Below, piece by piece: positions 38,128 through 50,847 of a stretch of 64,000 nt of DNA. The notes beneath the pieces are model-generated. The model was not told the origin of the DNA. It saw nothing but the letters and a program-made list of their open reading frames with translations, and ran no database searches. The DNA comes from Felis catus (Eukaryota): the NCBI RefSeq assembly GCF_018350175.1, contig NC_058383.1:27840001-27904000 (forward strand), in the 5' to 3' direction. The stretch's first letter is position 1, and each line of letters starts with the position of its first letter. The translations under genes were made by a program, and so were the position numbers.

Positions 38128-40965
38128 AAGATGGCTCTACAGGTGAATTCTACTAAACATTTAAAGAGTTAATATCTCTTTTTCTCAACCTATTCCAAAA
38201 AAACGGAAAAGGAAGGAACACTTCCAAATTCATTCTATGAGGTCAGCCTTACCCTGATACCAAAGCCGGATAAAGATGCTACCAAAAAAAAAAAAAAACA
38301 GGAAGAAGAAGAAAAAAGAAAACTACAAGCCAATATCTGTGGTGAAAATAGATGCAAAATGAACAAAATATTAGCAAACTGAAGCCAACAATACATCAAA
38401 AAAAATCATTCACTACAATTAACTGGGATTTATTTCTGACATGCAAGGGTGGTTCATATTTGCAAATCAATCAATGTGATACATCACATCAATAAGAGAA
38501 AGGATAAAAACTGTATGATCATTTCAACAGATGCAGAAAAAGCATGTGACAAAGAACAACATCCATTCATAATAAAACCTCTCAAAAAATAGGTTTAGAG
38601 GGAACATACCTCAACATAATAAAGGTCATATATGAAAAACCCACAGAAAACATCATACTCCCTGGTGAAAAACAGAGAATTTTTCCTTTAAGATCAGGAA
38701 CAAGACAAGGATGTCCACTCTCACCACTTTTACTCAACATAGTACTCAAAGTCCTTGCCATAGAAATCAGACAAGAAAAAGAAATAAAAGGCATACAGAT
38801 TGGTAAGGAAGAAGTAAAACTTTCACTATTTGTAGATGACATGATATGAAAAAACCCAAAAACTCAACCAAAAAACCCTACTAGAATGGACAACTGATAC
38901 ATAAATTCAGTAAATTTATAGGATACAAAATAAATATACAGAAATTGTTGCATTTCTATATGCTAATAATAAAGTAGTAGAAAGAGAAATTAAGAAAACA
39001 ATCCCATTTACAATTGTACCAAAAGTAATAAAATACCCAGGAAGATATTTAACCAAGGAAGCGAAATACCTTTATACTCTGAAAACTATAAAATGTTGGT
39101 AAAAGAAATTGAAAAAGACACAAATGGACATATATCCCATGCTTATGAATTAGAAGAACAAATATTGTTAAAATGTCCGTACTACCCAAAGCAATCTACA
39201 GATTTAATGCAATCTTTATCAAAACACCAACAGCATTTTTCAGAGAACTAGAATAAATAATCCTAAAATTATTTTTATGGAACCACAAAAGACCCCAAAT
39301 AGTCAAAGCCATCTTGAAAAAGAAAAAGAAAATTGAGGGGCGCCTGGGTGGCTCAGTCGGTTAAGCGGCCGACTTCGGCTCAGGTCATGATCTTGCGGTC
39401 CGTGAGTTCGAGCCCCGCGTCGGGCTCTGTGCTGACAACTCGGAGCCTGGAGCCTGCTTCCGATTCTGTGTCTCCTTCTCTCTGACCCTCCCCCGTTCAT
39501 GCTCTGTCTCTCTCTGTCTCAAAAATAAATAAAAGTTAAAAAAAAATTTTTTTTAAAAAGAAAAAGAAAATTGAAGGTATCACAATCTCAAATTTCAAGA
39601 TATATTCCAAAGCTGTGGTAATCAAAACAGTATGGGAGAGACACAAAAATAGATACCTAGAGCAATAAAAAGGAATACAGAGCCCAGAAATAAACCTACT
39701 ATTACATGCTCAATTAATCTACAACAAAGTAGGTGAGAATACACAATGGGAAAAAGACATTTCTCTTCAACAACTGGACTGCTACATGCAAAAGAATGAA
39801 ACTGGACCACTTTCTTATACCATAAACCAAACTCAAAATGGATTAAAGACCTAAATGTGGGACATGAAGCCATAAGATTCCTAGAAGAAAACATAGGCAA
39901 TAATCTCCTTGGCATTAGGTGTAGCAACATTTTTCTAGCTATATCTCCTTTGGCAAGGAAACAAAAACAAAATTAAACTCTTGAAACTACACCAAAATAA
40001 AAGCTTTTATACAGCAAAGGAAATGTTAACAAAACAAAAATACAACCTACCAAATGGGAGAAGATATTTGCAAATGATATGTCCAACAAGGGTTTAATAT
40101 CCAAAATATATAAAGAATTTATATAATTCAACACCAAAAAAAAACCCCAAATAATCCAATTAAAAATGGTCAGAAGACATGAATAGACATTTTTCCAAAG
40201 AAGACATACAGATGGCCAGCAGACACATGAAAAGATAGTCATCATCACTTATTGTCAAGGAAGTGCAAATCAAAACCACAATGACATATCATCTCACACC
40301 TGTCAGAATGGCTAAATCAACTCATGAAAGAACAAGTGTTGACAAAAATGTGGTAAAAAAGGAACTCTCTTGCCTTGTTGGTTAAATGCAAGCTGGTACA
40401 GTCACTGTGGAAAACAGTATGGAGTTTCCTCAAAAAACTAAAAATAGAATTACCATATGATCCAGTACTTCTACTACTTGGTATTTACCCAAAGAAAATG
40501 AAAACATTAATTCAGAAAGATATATGCAACCCTATAAGAGCCAATTATGGAAGCAACCCAAGTGTCCATCCATAGATGAATGGATAAAGAGGATGTGGTA
40601 TATGTATACAGTGGAGCGTTACTCAGCTATAAACTAGAATAAGATCTTGCCATTTGCCACAACATGGATGGATACAGAAGGTATGATGTTAAGCAAATAA
40701 GTCAGAAACAGACAAACACCGTATGATTTCACTCAGAGGTGGAATTTAAGAAACAAAACAAAGAAAAAAGACAAAAAAAACAGACTCTTAAGGACAAAGA
40801 ACAAACTGATGGTTACTAGAGGGGAGGCGGCTGGAGATGGGGGAAATTGGTGAAGGGGATTAAGAGCACACTTATGGTGATGAGCCCTGAGTACTGCATA
40901 GAACTGCTGAATCATTATATCGCACACCGGGAACTAGTGTAACTGTTAAATGAAAATGAATTTTT
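38128..40965 (+). mobile_element. 5'-truncated carnivore L1 with degraded RT domain through 3' UTR
   Basis: RT motifs [12 protein letters not shown] (about 38518), [12 protein letters not shown] (about 38697), LFVDDMI (about 38826; consensus LFADDMI); many frameshifts and stops. Confidence 0.97.
39337..39554 (+). mobile_element. Felid CanSINE inserted in L1 ORF2
   Basis: Perfect 20-bp TSD aaaaagaaaaagaaaattga at 39317-39336 and 39555-39574; CpGs intact. Confidence 0.98.
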
Positions 40966-41264
40966 TAAATTGATTCAGTAACTTTTAAAAATGTCACACA
41001 AAAGAGCGGGGAGAGGTATGTCTGATTTGGGCATAGAAATGGGTAGAAGTGTGGCACCAACCAGGGTTGATATAGACACCCTAGGGACACACCAGTGCGT
41101 CAAAACAGGAACAAAAGCAACAGGAAGGTTGAACTTCTATATAAATATGGAAATGCAAGTTATAGGCACTTGAGAATCCCTGGGGATTTTGCAGGTCTGC
41201 TGCTTTTTTGGACCAGGAAATGCCAGTGGTTAGTCTTGAAGGTGCTTATGAGTCACATGAGAAT

Positions 41265-41545
41265 TGCAGTGATCACTACAGTGGGCCACAATCCCTATAT
41301 GCACACCCCCTTATATCCCACTTTGCTCCTCTTCCCTTGAAGGCGCGGAGTCTATCTCTCCACCCTCTTTCACCTGAGCTGGCCATGTGATCTGCTTTGA
41401 CCAATAAAATCTCCAAGAAGTGATGTCGTAGGAGTTCCTGCCTAAGCCTCAACAGCTTCTGCCTTCTCCCTCTTGAAAGGCTCCCTCTTCTGCAGCTCCC
41501 TCTTCTGTAGCTTCTGCCTTCTCCCTCTTGAAAGGCTCCCTTGCA
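41265..41545 (+). mobile_element. 5' part of an MLT1 (G/H-like) LTR ending in an internal duplication
   Basis: ggagtctatctctccaccc...gctggccatgtgatctgctttgaccaataaaat...gaagtgatg. Confidence 0.7.
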
Positions 41546-42287
41546 GGGTGAGTGCAACTTTCATTTTGCATCCTAGGCTCCCGCTTGCCTCCGCAATGCC
41601 AGGCCCTGCACCTTCCCTTCCCACAGCTCTGAAATGGGGGACAGTGATAGTCCTGAGGAGGAGGTGGCCCTGTCCTCTGGGCTTGCGTCATGATTAGTGC
41701 CTCACCTTTCCTGTGCAGGTGGGGCTGATTAATGGCACTGTTAAAGAGAGCCAGCTGCTGCCGTCCTCGTCCCCTTCCTGCAGAGATCCTTAATTACTGG
41801 GCTTCACCTGTTGAGTCTCCTTGAGCGACATGAGCGGATATTTTAAGCGGGAAAACAATTCATTAATAAGTGCCAACATCTTAAAAGAGGGACAGGCCCC
41901 AATTAATTCAGGAATCACATGGTTTCAGCCAGGTAAGAGAAGACCAAGGAGGGGATGCTTTTATCTGAATGCCACAAAGTTGGGGTTGGGGGGAGGCCTT
42001 CAGCAGATGGTGGGGACTTGGAGTCCGCAGAGAAGGGGGAAGGGCCATGAGGTCAGACCAGCCCCTTCTTAATCTCCATCCACGCTTTACCACCCCCTTG
42101 CCTCCCCCTGTAGCTCAGTAGCTTTGGAATGACAGCACTGGCCAGGCATTCAGGGGCCACCTGATTTACCATTTTGCTTTAGCTTCGGCATTTTGTTAAA
42201 TAAATGCAAGCTCTGAAAAAGCCTAAAGTTATTAATACATATTTTGGCCTAGAATAATATGTTAGGTATTAGAATTCAGGTTCTAAG

Positions 42288-42445
42288 ACAGTGGTTCTGA
42301 ACCCTTGTATTAGAGCAAATTGAGAATTCAGGCACCCAGACTCTGGATTTGGATTTCATTGGTCTCAGTTGTGGGCCCAGGCACTGGGATTTTTAAAACT
42401 CTCCCATGGCTACTGGAATGTGCAGCCAGAATTGCAAACCACTCT
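42288..42445. mobile_element. MER5-family MITE
   Basis: cagtggttctga...gggcccaggcactgggatttttaaaactctccc...aatgtgcagccagaattgcaaaccact. Confidence 0.7.
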
Positions 42446-42657
42446 AGTTTGTACTGCACTTTTATAGATTAGGAAGTACTTTCTAAAGAATGGGCCCTGG
42501 GCCTTCTCATTGAATCACCCCTGCCAACCACAGTGCCTGGCAGAGTGAGTCACTTGATACATTTTATGGGAATAAAAATAATGTCACTTGATTCATTTAT
42601 CATCTTTTCCAGTTATTTTGCATTACACATATATCCATGCACATGTGTGATCAACTA

Positions 42658-42664
<7 letters not shown>

Positions 42665-42700
<36 letters not shown>
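42665..42700. repeat. (GA)n microsatellite
   Basis: Read directly. Confidence 0.98.
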
Positions 42701-42703
<3 letters not shown>

Positions 42704-44399
42704 TTATTTGCTTTTCATTTTTTGCCTGCCTTGCCCCTCTCATTTCCATCCCTAGCCCAAAACCTGTCTTGCCTGAAAACCGTACATTAACAGCCCAGTC
42801 AGTGATCTTCCATATATTCCCCACCCTCATTTAATTCTAGCCAGACATACGGACATCTATGAGCACAGATGGTCACTTCGTAGAAATGGGAACGTATCAT
42901 ACATACCAATTCCTTGCAGAAAGCCCCCCAAGTCACCTGATAGAGCCCCACTTCATTCTCCTTCATGGGCACAGGCTGGTCCATAAGTAGATGCACCATA
43001 ATTTACTCAGCCATTCCCCCGTGAGAGGCACTTAGTTTGTTTCCCATTTCTCCCCCATCACAAACCATGAGGCAACCATCCTGTAAAGCACAAATGTCCA
43101 CAAGGATCCTTCTTCCCATCCCCACACACAAAATCAAATGTCCAGTGAGCCTGCTTTGACACCCTAAACCTCATCTCTGGCCAAGGAAGATGATGAGGAA
43201 TTACATGATTATATTATAAAGTGTACAAAAAACACTTTTCAGTCTGCAGAAGGCTCTGTGTCAAAATCAAGCATTCACACGGCATGGCTGGGTTCTCTGT
43301 GGCCAGCCCCATCCACAACACAGCTCTGGCAGAAAGCTGTTCAATAGCATCATTAACAGCCCATTGATCCAATTACATTTCTTTCTGTTCCACTTCAGAA
43401 TTACAATCTCTTGTCCCCCCACCCAAGAGTCCAGATAGATTCCCGATGATCAGTGGAAGAGGTAGCTGCCATCAGGACTCGCTTGAGGGACCCAAACACT
43501 CATCTAATGTGGCAAGGGATGAATTAATCCAGTTGACACATAAGGCCTTTCTTCCACAGGAACTTGCTATTTACTCCAGCCCCTTAGTCCTTCAAGTAAA
43601 ATGTAGGGATGTAGCCAAGCTTGGTCAATCCAGGAGTATCACTGAGTTGCTCTCATGCGGCACATAGTAGCCACTCAACAAATAACTATTTAATTGGAAA
43701 ATGCCCAAGCGATCATATACTGGGATTCAGAACAGAGCACATTGGCAGAATAAATGAGATCTGTCCAAACCGTCTCTTCGCAGATGGGCCAGTATGGGAG
43801 CTAGAATCTGAGTCCAAAGGTAATGCAGAAAATGAAAATACACTCTAAATAAGACAAAGTAAAGACCTTGAGTGACAGCTGAGGGAAAAGTAGAGAGAAG
43901 TAAATACACATTCTAAGTCTCGTGGGCAAGATAATGGAGGGAGATAAATAGTAATGGGACCAGACTAGGAAGCATTCGCTCACTTGACAACCATGTATTG
44001 ACCACCTAGCATATGCCAGGCACTGTACAAAGTACTGAGGGTAATGGCCAGATACAAGTCATGATTCCAGCCCTCAATTGCTCGTGGTCTTCTGGAGGAG
44101 ACCAAAACACAAACACACAATCGTAACACAGACATGACAAGGCAGGATGGAGCTAAGGCCTATGACAGAGGTAAGCCCAGGGGGATTTGAGAGTATGTGG
44201 GGAAAGAGATGTAGGAGAGTTCATAAAGCTGCAGGGGAAGGGAAGAAAGATTGGCAGATAAGCAGCTTACGCCATGAAAGGCTGTGCCCTCCTCTGCTAC
44301 CACAGTCACCTCAACTTTTGACTTCCACATCGAGACCCCTCACCAATGAGAATCTAGGCCCATAATCATATCCCTAGGAGTCACTGACCCCGTGCTTTT

Positions 44400-44795
44400 G
44401 GACCCCCATGCCTTTGTCCATGCTGTTCCCTCTGCCTGGATAGCACGAGCCCATCTTCCTTCTCCAATCTGCACAGCCATCATCTCTACCTCCCATCAAG
44501 GCTCAGCTGAAATGTTACCTCCTCTGTGAAGCTGTTCCAAATTCCTCTGCCTGGAATTAATCTCTGCTTCTCTCCCTGAATTCCAATAACATTTGGAATG
44601 TTCCTCTCCTTATAGTACTTGTTCCTCTCCTTATAGTACTCAGCACTCCTGACATTGTATTATAATTATTTGTGTATTTGTCTTCTCTCCTCTACTAAAC
44701 TATGAACTCCACTGGGGCAGAACACCTTGTCTTAACCACCTTTGTATTCTCCACAGTGCTTTATCCAAGGCAGGCGCTCAATACATGTTGAATGA
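44400..44795 (+). mobile_element. L2 3' relic containing a 21-bp tandem duplication
   Basis: catgctgttccctctgcctgga...aatgttacctcctctgtgaag...ggcgctcaatacatgttgaatgaa. Confidence 0.75.
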
Positions 44796-45167
44796 AGATT
44801 ATGGTTACCAGATTCCAGGTAAATGGGAGGAAGTTAACAGACAGCACAGCTAGAATCAGTGGACAGGCATTACAGGGAAGGCCAACTTTATAACAATGAA
44901 AATTGGCTGCTTGCTGAAGTAGTGGATTTCCCATGACTGGATAGAGAGATTCTTTAAAAATAGCTGGATCAGATGACTTCCAAGCTTATCTGACCTTTAC
45001 CAGGTTACTGTGATGGAGAATGACTGGTGAACAAAGACAAGTAAGTCCCAAGAACAGGTGAGGTAGGAATAGGTGTGAGTTATTGTCAATGTTATAGCAC
45101 CTAGGCTGGATAATAAATGCAAGGGCACTTATTAGATTATTAAATATTTAATCAAAGAAAATTAAAG

Positions 45168-45335
45168 CTTGGGTGGCTTACTTGGTTGAGCATCTGCCTC
45201 TTGATTTCAGCTCAGGTCATGATCCTGGGGTCGTGGGATTGAGCCCTACATCAAGCTCCAGACTCAGCACAGAGCCTGGTTAAGATTCTCTCTCCCTCTG
45301 CCCCTCTCCCCAACTCGAGCTCTTGCTAGAGAGAG
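45168..45335 (+). mobile_element. Older, degraded CanSINE lacking a tail
   Basis: tgggtggcttacttggttgagcatctgcctcttgatttcagctcaggtcatgatc. Confidence 0.88.
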
Positions 45336-45873
45336 ATTTATTCCTAGAGTAGTTATGATGGTGTGTCAAGAACAAGGATTATAACCAACCTAATTCTGAA
45401 CATGTGAGATCCATTTAAAGTATTTGATCTAGATCATAGTTGACCCCCACATCTGTTTGGCAGATCAATGGCGTCAAGTGGTGAGGGCTTCCTAGAGCAC
45501 AAATCTCATAATGTCATCTGCCACTTAAAACTTCTAGGGGTCCCTAGTGTCCCGGAACATGCTCCCTGATGCTCAGCTTGATGTTTGAGGCCCTAAATGA
45601 TGTAGCTCTTGTCAGCCTCCCCTTCCACCTTCCCCTGGACACAGACCAGCGGTCCCAATCTCAATGGTCTACAGGGACACAACAGAGGATCCTGGGCCCA
45701 GAGAAAACAACAACCATATGCCCCAACTCAAAAACTGAGCAATTTCACAGGCCTAGCCCCTTTTTACAATGGGAATGCAGATTCAGTATTGCTAGTGCTT
45801 CCAAGTTTTCAAATGAATAGGGAAATTCAGATTTTTTTTGGTAGGATCTGCCATTTTTCAGTACTGGCTTAAA

Positions 45874-46083
45874 ATTTTTTATTTATCTTTTAACATTTAT
45901 TTACTTTTGAGAGAGACAGAGACAGAGTGCAAGCAGGGGAGGGGCAGAGAGAGAGAAGGAGACACAGAATCCAAAGGAGGGTCTGTGCTGACAGCATAGA
46001 GCCCTAAGGGGCTTGAACCTACAAACTGAGATCATGGCCTGAGCCAGTCAGACGCTCAACCGACTGAGCCACCCAGGTGCCCC
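45874..46083 (-). mobile_element. CanSINE with internal deletion
   Basis: TSD tactggcttaaa at 45862-45873 and 46086-46097. Confidence 0.95.
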
Positions 46084-46399
46084 ATTACTGGCTTAAAGAT
46101 TTTTAAACACTATGCAGGACAGACAAACCCTTGCTGTGCTCCATGGATCTCTCCCCGCTGTTTTACTTAGAATCTATTTTTGTAATCAAGTCAGTGTTCC
46201 TGTACAGTACCGTGCTTGCTCACCTCCATGACCCCCTCCCTTCATTTCTAGTAGCAGTTACTCCTGCAGAATTATCCATTTCTTTACATTTGTCTATATT
46301 TTCACAATTTTTTACAATGCACATGAGTAGCAGATGCTGTCACTGCTCTCCCAATCCTAGGATCCCACTGACATTGTCATGTGCCCTAGTCCTCATGTG

Positions 46400-46987
46400 C
46401 TATCACTCTTAACAGACTAGGGCTACTGAAACCCACTTTCCTTGTGTGCTCAGAGAAACATAAGCTCCTGGGAATGTATGTCCCGCAAAAGTAGCGCTTA
46501 GCCAGTGAATGGCAACTGCAGGAGTATAAATACTCCAGCTCCCTTGACCCGATGAAGATAAATCCAAAACATACTATCTGCAGATCTCCTCTGTAGATTG
46601 AGCCCAAGGTCTCCTCTGCAGGATTTTACTTGTTATCACACACTTGCTTCTATTTTTCCTGGCAGCACCTCTTAACAGATCAGTTTAAAATGAATCTTCA
46701 GGGGCGCCTGGGTGGCGCAGTCGGTTAAGCGTCCGGCTTCAGCCAGGTCACGATCTCGCGGTCCGGGAGTTCGAGCCCCGCGTCGGGCTCTGGGCTGATG
46801 GCTCAGAGCCTGGAGCCTGTTTCCGATTCTGTGTCTCCCTCTCTCTCTGCCCCTCCCCCGTTCATGCTCTGTCTCACTCTGTCCTAAAAATAAAATAAAA
46901 AAAAAAAAAAAAAAAACGTTGAAAGAAAAAAAAAAAAAAAAAATGAATCTTCATTCTAGGATCCACTTCTGGGACCTGCAGTAAACA
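46400..46987 (+). mobile_element. ERVL LTR16-like solo LTR interrupted by a SINE
   Basis: taaatactccagctccc...gattgagcccaagg...aatcttcattctaggatccacttctggga. Confidence 0.55.
46701..46939 (+). mobile_element. Felid CanSINE (young type)
   Basis: Near-consensus and CpG rich; TSD aaaatgaatcttca at 46687-46700 and 46940-46953. Confidence 0.98.
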
Positions 46988-46994
46988 GCTTCTG

Positions 46995-47500
46995 ACATGC
47001 CTCCTATGGTCTCTACCTCCTTGTGTTCATGACCTTGTGCAATCTCTTCTCTGGAGTATAACTTACTTCGAAGTCTAAAGGTGAAAAGTGTGGCTTGTGT
47101 GATTAGGTTACAAACGATAATGACTTCTTTCTTGCTAGCACCCTCTATCGTCTTCCCACCTTGCATGCTTTCATAATGCAAGCTGCCGTGTGGGAGAAAC
47201 CCATGTGACAAGGAACTGAAGGTGACCTCCAGCCAATACCCAGCAAAGAACTCAATGCTGCCAACAACCACTGAGGCTGGAAATGGATACTTCTACAGTT
47301 GAGTCTTCAGATGAGACCAGAGACAGACGGTAGACCAACACTGGATTGCAGCCTTCTGTAAAAGTATGAAGCCAAGGACCCAGCTAACCCACCACCAGAC
47401 TCCTGACCCCCCAAAACTATGAGATCATAAATGTGTGTTTTTCTTGTAAGCCTCTGTGTCTTGGGGGTGATTTGTTACAGAGCAATATGTAACTAATACA
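46995..47500 (+). mobile_element. MLT1E/F-like MaLR LTR
   Basis: ccatgtgacaaggaactga...atgctgccaacaaccac...gactcctgacc...gtgatttgttacagagcaatatgtaactaataca. Confidence 0.85.
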
Positions 47501-49059
47501 GGATCTCAACTTCAGAGGGCATGTAATAACTTCTATAATTAGAAAATATTCTATCCCAGTCATCTTCTCGAGAAAGCCATTTCGGAACCTCCAGGCCAGA
47601 GTCCTGTGTCCCCTCTGTCATGGGCCTATCACCCTGAATTTAAGCATCGATGTCCCTTGCCTCTTCTCATTTGTCTCCCCCACTCATCATCTTGAAGGCA
47701 GACCTTTGGGAGAGGAAACGCCTGATGTATTTCTTTGTCTTACCACCTAAGCATAGTATCTGGTATATAGTAGATGCTTAATGAATGCTTATTAAAGTAA
47801 TTAATTTCATTGTTAATTGTTTCCACCATGAGGTTCGGGCCAAATGTCTCCCTATACTCTGTCATTGTCCAGATGCCAAATGAAGGGTACAGCAGGCCGT
47901 CAGTATTCAGCAAGATCTCCCCTCTATGCAGCCCCCACATTACGGTCTCAGCAGCTTCTCCTTTTCCATCACCAGGGTGCATATCAATTTCACATTGACA
48001 CTTCCTCCCATCTGTTCGATTCATCTGTTGGACGGTCACTCACTGCCACTTCAGAGCAACAGGGAGTTCACTCTTCCTTTCATACCCCTCTGGGAAACCC
48101 AGGGAAATTATCTCTGATTGATGTGATTTCTTCTTTTGGTTCTAATGACAAAATTGCAGAAAAATCCAGCCCTATTTTGCACCACACTTGGAAGAAATCT
48201 GCTCAGCTTTTGTCTGCCAACCATAACAAAAAAACTTGATTAACCAGGACTCAGCACACAGTGGTTGTTTGGGGGGCTTTTTTTTCCTGGATAGCTGAGG
48301 GATAAAACTGAAAATGCCATTTATTTCTTCCCTTATTACTTAGAAAAAGAATCAATAGGTTAGCCCACATTGCTTCCCACTGTAAATAAATTCCCCCAAA
48401 GAAATTGAGTCTGAGAGAGATGAGCGTCTTGCAGGCCAGAGGAATGCTGTTAGAAATTAGGTTGAATCAGCAGAGATCTTTGGAGTGGGCAGGTTTTTAT
48501 TTAAAAAAATTATTTTCTAACACTCATATTCCACGTCTTTGCCCCTTCTCCTAGAAGCAAAGGATAGAGATGTGTCCTGGTTATCTGCGGGTTCCAGATT
48601 CTTGAAGTCCAACTCATAGAAGTTGTATTTAGTTAATATGGTAGAGACTCGTTTACAGATCTCTAAATCCAAGCTGATTAATGTCTCATACTCTGCCTAC
48701 TCAGTGGGGACTCAGTCTCCTAAGCATCTTGGATCCTCCCTTGGAGACACATGAAATTCCTTCTCCATTTCTTACCATGGTCTAGGGCATGGTGAGAAAA
48801 GGAACCTTCCTTGTTACCAAACTAATAGATCCTCTTAGCTCTAGGGGAGGAAGAAGCCAGAATGGCAATGTGATACCCTGCCCAAAATTCCACCTATTTT
48901 TAGGGAAAGGTGTTGTCAAGAGAGGAGACAGATTACTGAACACTGACTCTGGGCCAAGTGCCAGGGTGGAGAATTCAGGTTCTACTCCTCATTATAGCGT
49001 GTAAAGTCTTACTTGGTCTGGTCCTTGACAACTTCTCTGCCCATGTCCCCACATCATTT

Positions 49060-49670
49060 ACTATGCTACAGCCATGATGGCCCTCTCCATATTCTAGAGC
49101 ATGCCAAGTTCTTTTTTGCCTCAGGATATTTGTGTTGGCTGTTCCCTCTCCAGCAATATTCTCCATCTTCTCCAGAAATTTCCATGGCTCACTCTTGGTC
49201 ATTCCTCACAGTTCAACCCAGTGTCCTCAGAGAGGTCCTCCCTAGTTAAGGTGCCCATCTTCCATGCCCAGCCATTATCCACTATGTTTCTTTTTTTTTT
49301 TTTTTTGCATGTATTTCATGTATTTTCTTCATAGCCCACTGCTACCTTTAATTAACTTACTCAATTCTTGCCTGCCTCCCCCTGAGAATACAAGCTTCAC
49401 AAAAGCAAGGAATCTTCCTGTCTGATCAACATGCCAATTCATGCCTGCCATGTCACAGAAGCTCAATAAGTATTTGTGGAATGAATGAATCAATAACTTT
49501 CTCTTGAATCATCCCCCAAGGTAAGTATTTTTATTATCCCCACTTAGAGATGAGGAAGCTGAGGTTCTGAGCAAGTAAGTAAACCACACATTTACACAGC
49601 CAGGAGGAAATAGCTACACTTTCAACCACAGAGCTATCTAACTCCAAGAGCCTGAACTCTCCATCATCAC
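49060..49670. mobile_element. L2 3' end (+) followed by MIR (-)
   Basis: gctcaataagtatttgtggaatgaatgaat; tattatccccacttagagatgaggaagctgagg. Confidence 0.75.
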
Positions 49671-50789
49671 TGGGTACTGTGTGGGAAGACAGGAGATTAT
49701 GCTTTAATCAATTGTTTTCCAACTTCTGTTAATGAAAAATGTCTGAGCAGCTGTGACAAGGAAAGAAAAAGTCTTTTATCAACCCACAATCATGAGTATG
49801 TCATACCAGGGATGTGTCTTCCAAATCAAACATTGCTAGTTTGTCAAATAACTGGATAGAATGGATACTGCAAGAAAGCTTTGTGCCTGTGCTTCTCTAC
49901 GCACGCATTTTCTCTGGGATCCCCTCAAAGGGAAAATGAGGTCCAAGTGGAATAGGTAGTGCAGGCCTGTGTCTGGGATGGTTGCAGTGGACAGACCTGG
50001 CGAGACCTGCCGGACTCACTCCAAACCTTCTCCCCAAACTCACCACCCCCCCCCAGCATGGAAGAGGGTGGTGCAAAATCATGGGAACTGGACCCTGCAG
50101 CCCCACTGACGGTTATTTTTCTGGAACCCTCTCCTTTTATTATCACCATTCGGGATAACAGTCACCCAAGGGTCCCACTCTTTGCCCTACTTCTCATCTC
50201 CAGCTCAAAGCTCAAAAGCCTCACAAGAAGAGACGATTTTACTTTCTGGATCTTAAAACTTGGGGCTTCCTAAAGAAGTGTCCGGTGTGCCGTGCCCCCA
50301 ACTTCCAGCCGTTTCTGAGCAGGACTGATTTAGGGAACTGCTCCAACTCAGCTGCGGAGGTCCAAACAACACACCCAGTTCTGGATATCCCTACCCAAGT
50401 GCCACTTACAAGACAATAATCAGTTAGCTCACCATACTGACTACTGAAACTTCCTGACCTGAGTAAGGAACTTTATCTTGGTGACTTAACAGTGTGAAGC
50501 TGCTTACAGGTATGGAAGCAAAGCAAGAAATTATAGTTCAAAGGCAGAACTTGCACTATCTCCCAGTTCCCACTTTTTTTCTTACTTTAAGTCTTTTTTA
50601 TTAAGAGAATCATAATGTTCTCTATCTACATGACACTTTCCATCTTTAAGCATTAACTAATTAATTGACTGAAATGGTATCTTGGGAGCATCCATCATCT
50701 ATCCCATTAGCCAGAGAGCCAGGCGACTATCTATAAAAGCCATTGAACGCTCAGAGGAGGCTTTGTCTTTCCACTTCCCTTCCCAGGAA

Positions 50790-50793
<4 letters not shown>

Positions 50794-50846
<53 letters not shown>
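50794..50846. repeat. (TG)n microsatellite
   Basis: About 26 units. Confidence 0.98.

Positions 50847-50847
<1 letters not shown>

Noticed and set aside
38128..40965. Reverse transcriptase motifs as a functional or novel RT system
   Set aside because: Standard L1 ORF2, 5'-truncated, frameshifted and interrupted by a SINE
41454..41541. 33-bp repeat, 22-bp spacer, 33-bp repeat as a CRISPR-like unit
   Set aside because: Only two copies, spacer derived from the repeat itself, mammalian LTR context, no cas genes
46701..46780. tRNA-like A-box and B-box sequence
   Set aside because: tRNA-derived SINE head continuing into SINE body and tail; not a tRNA gene
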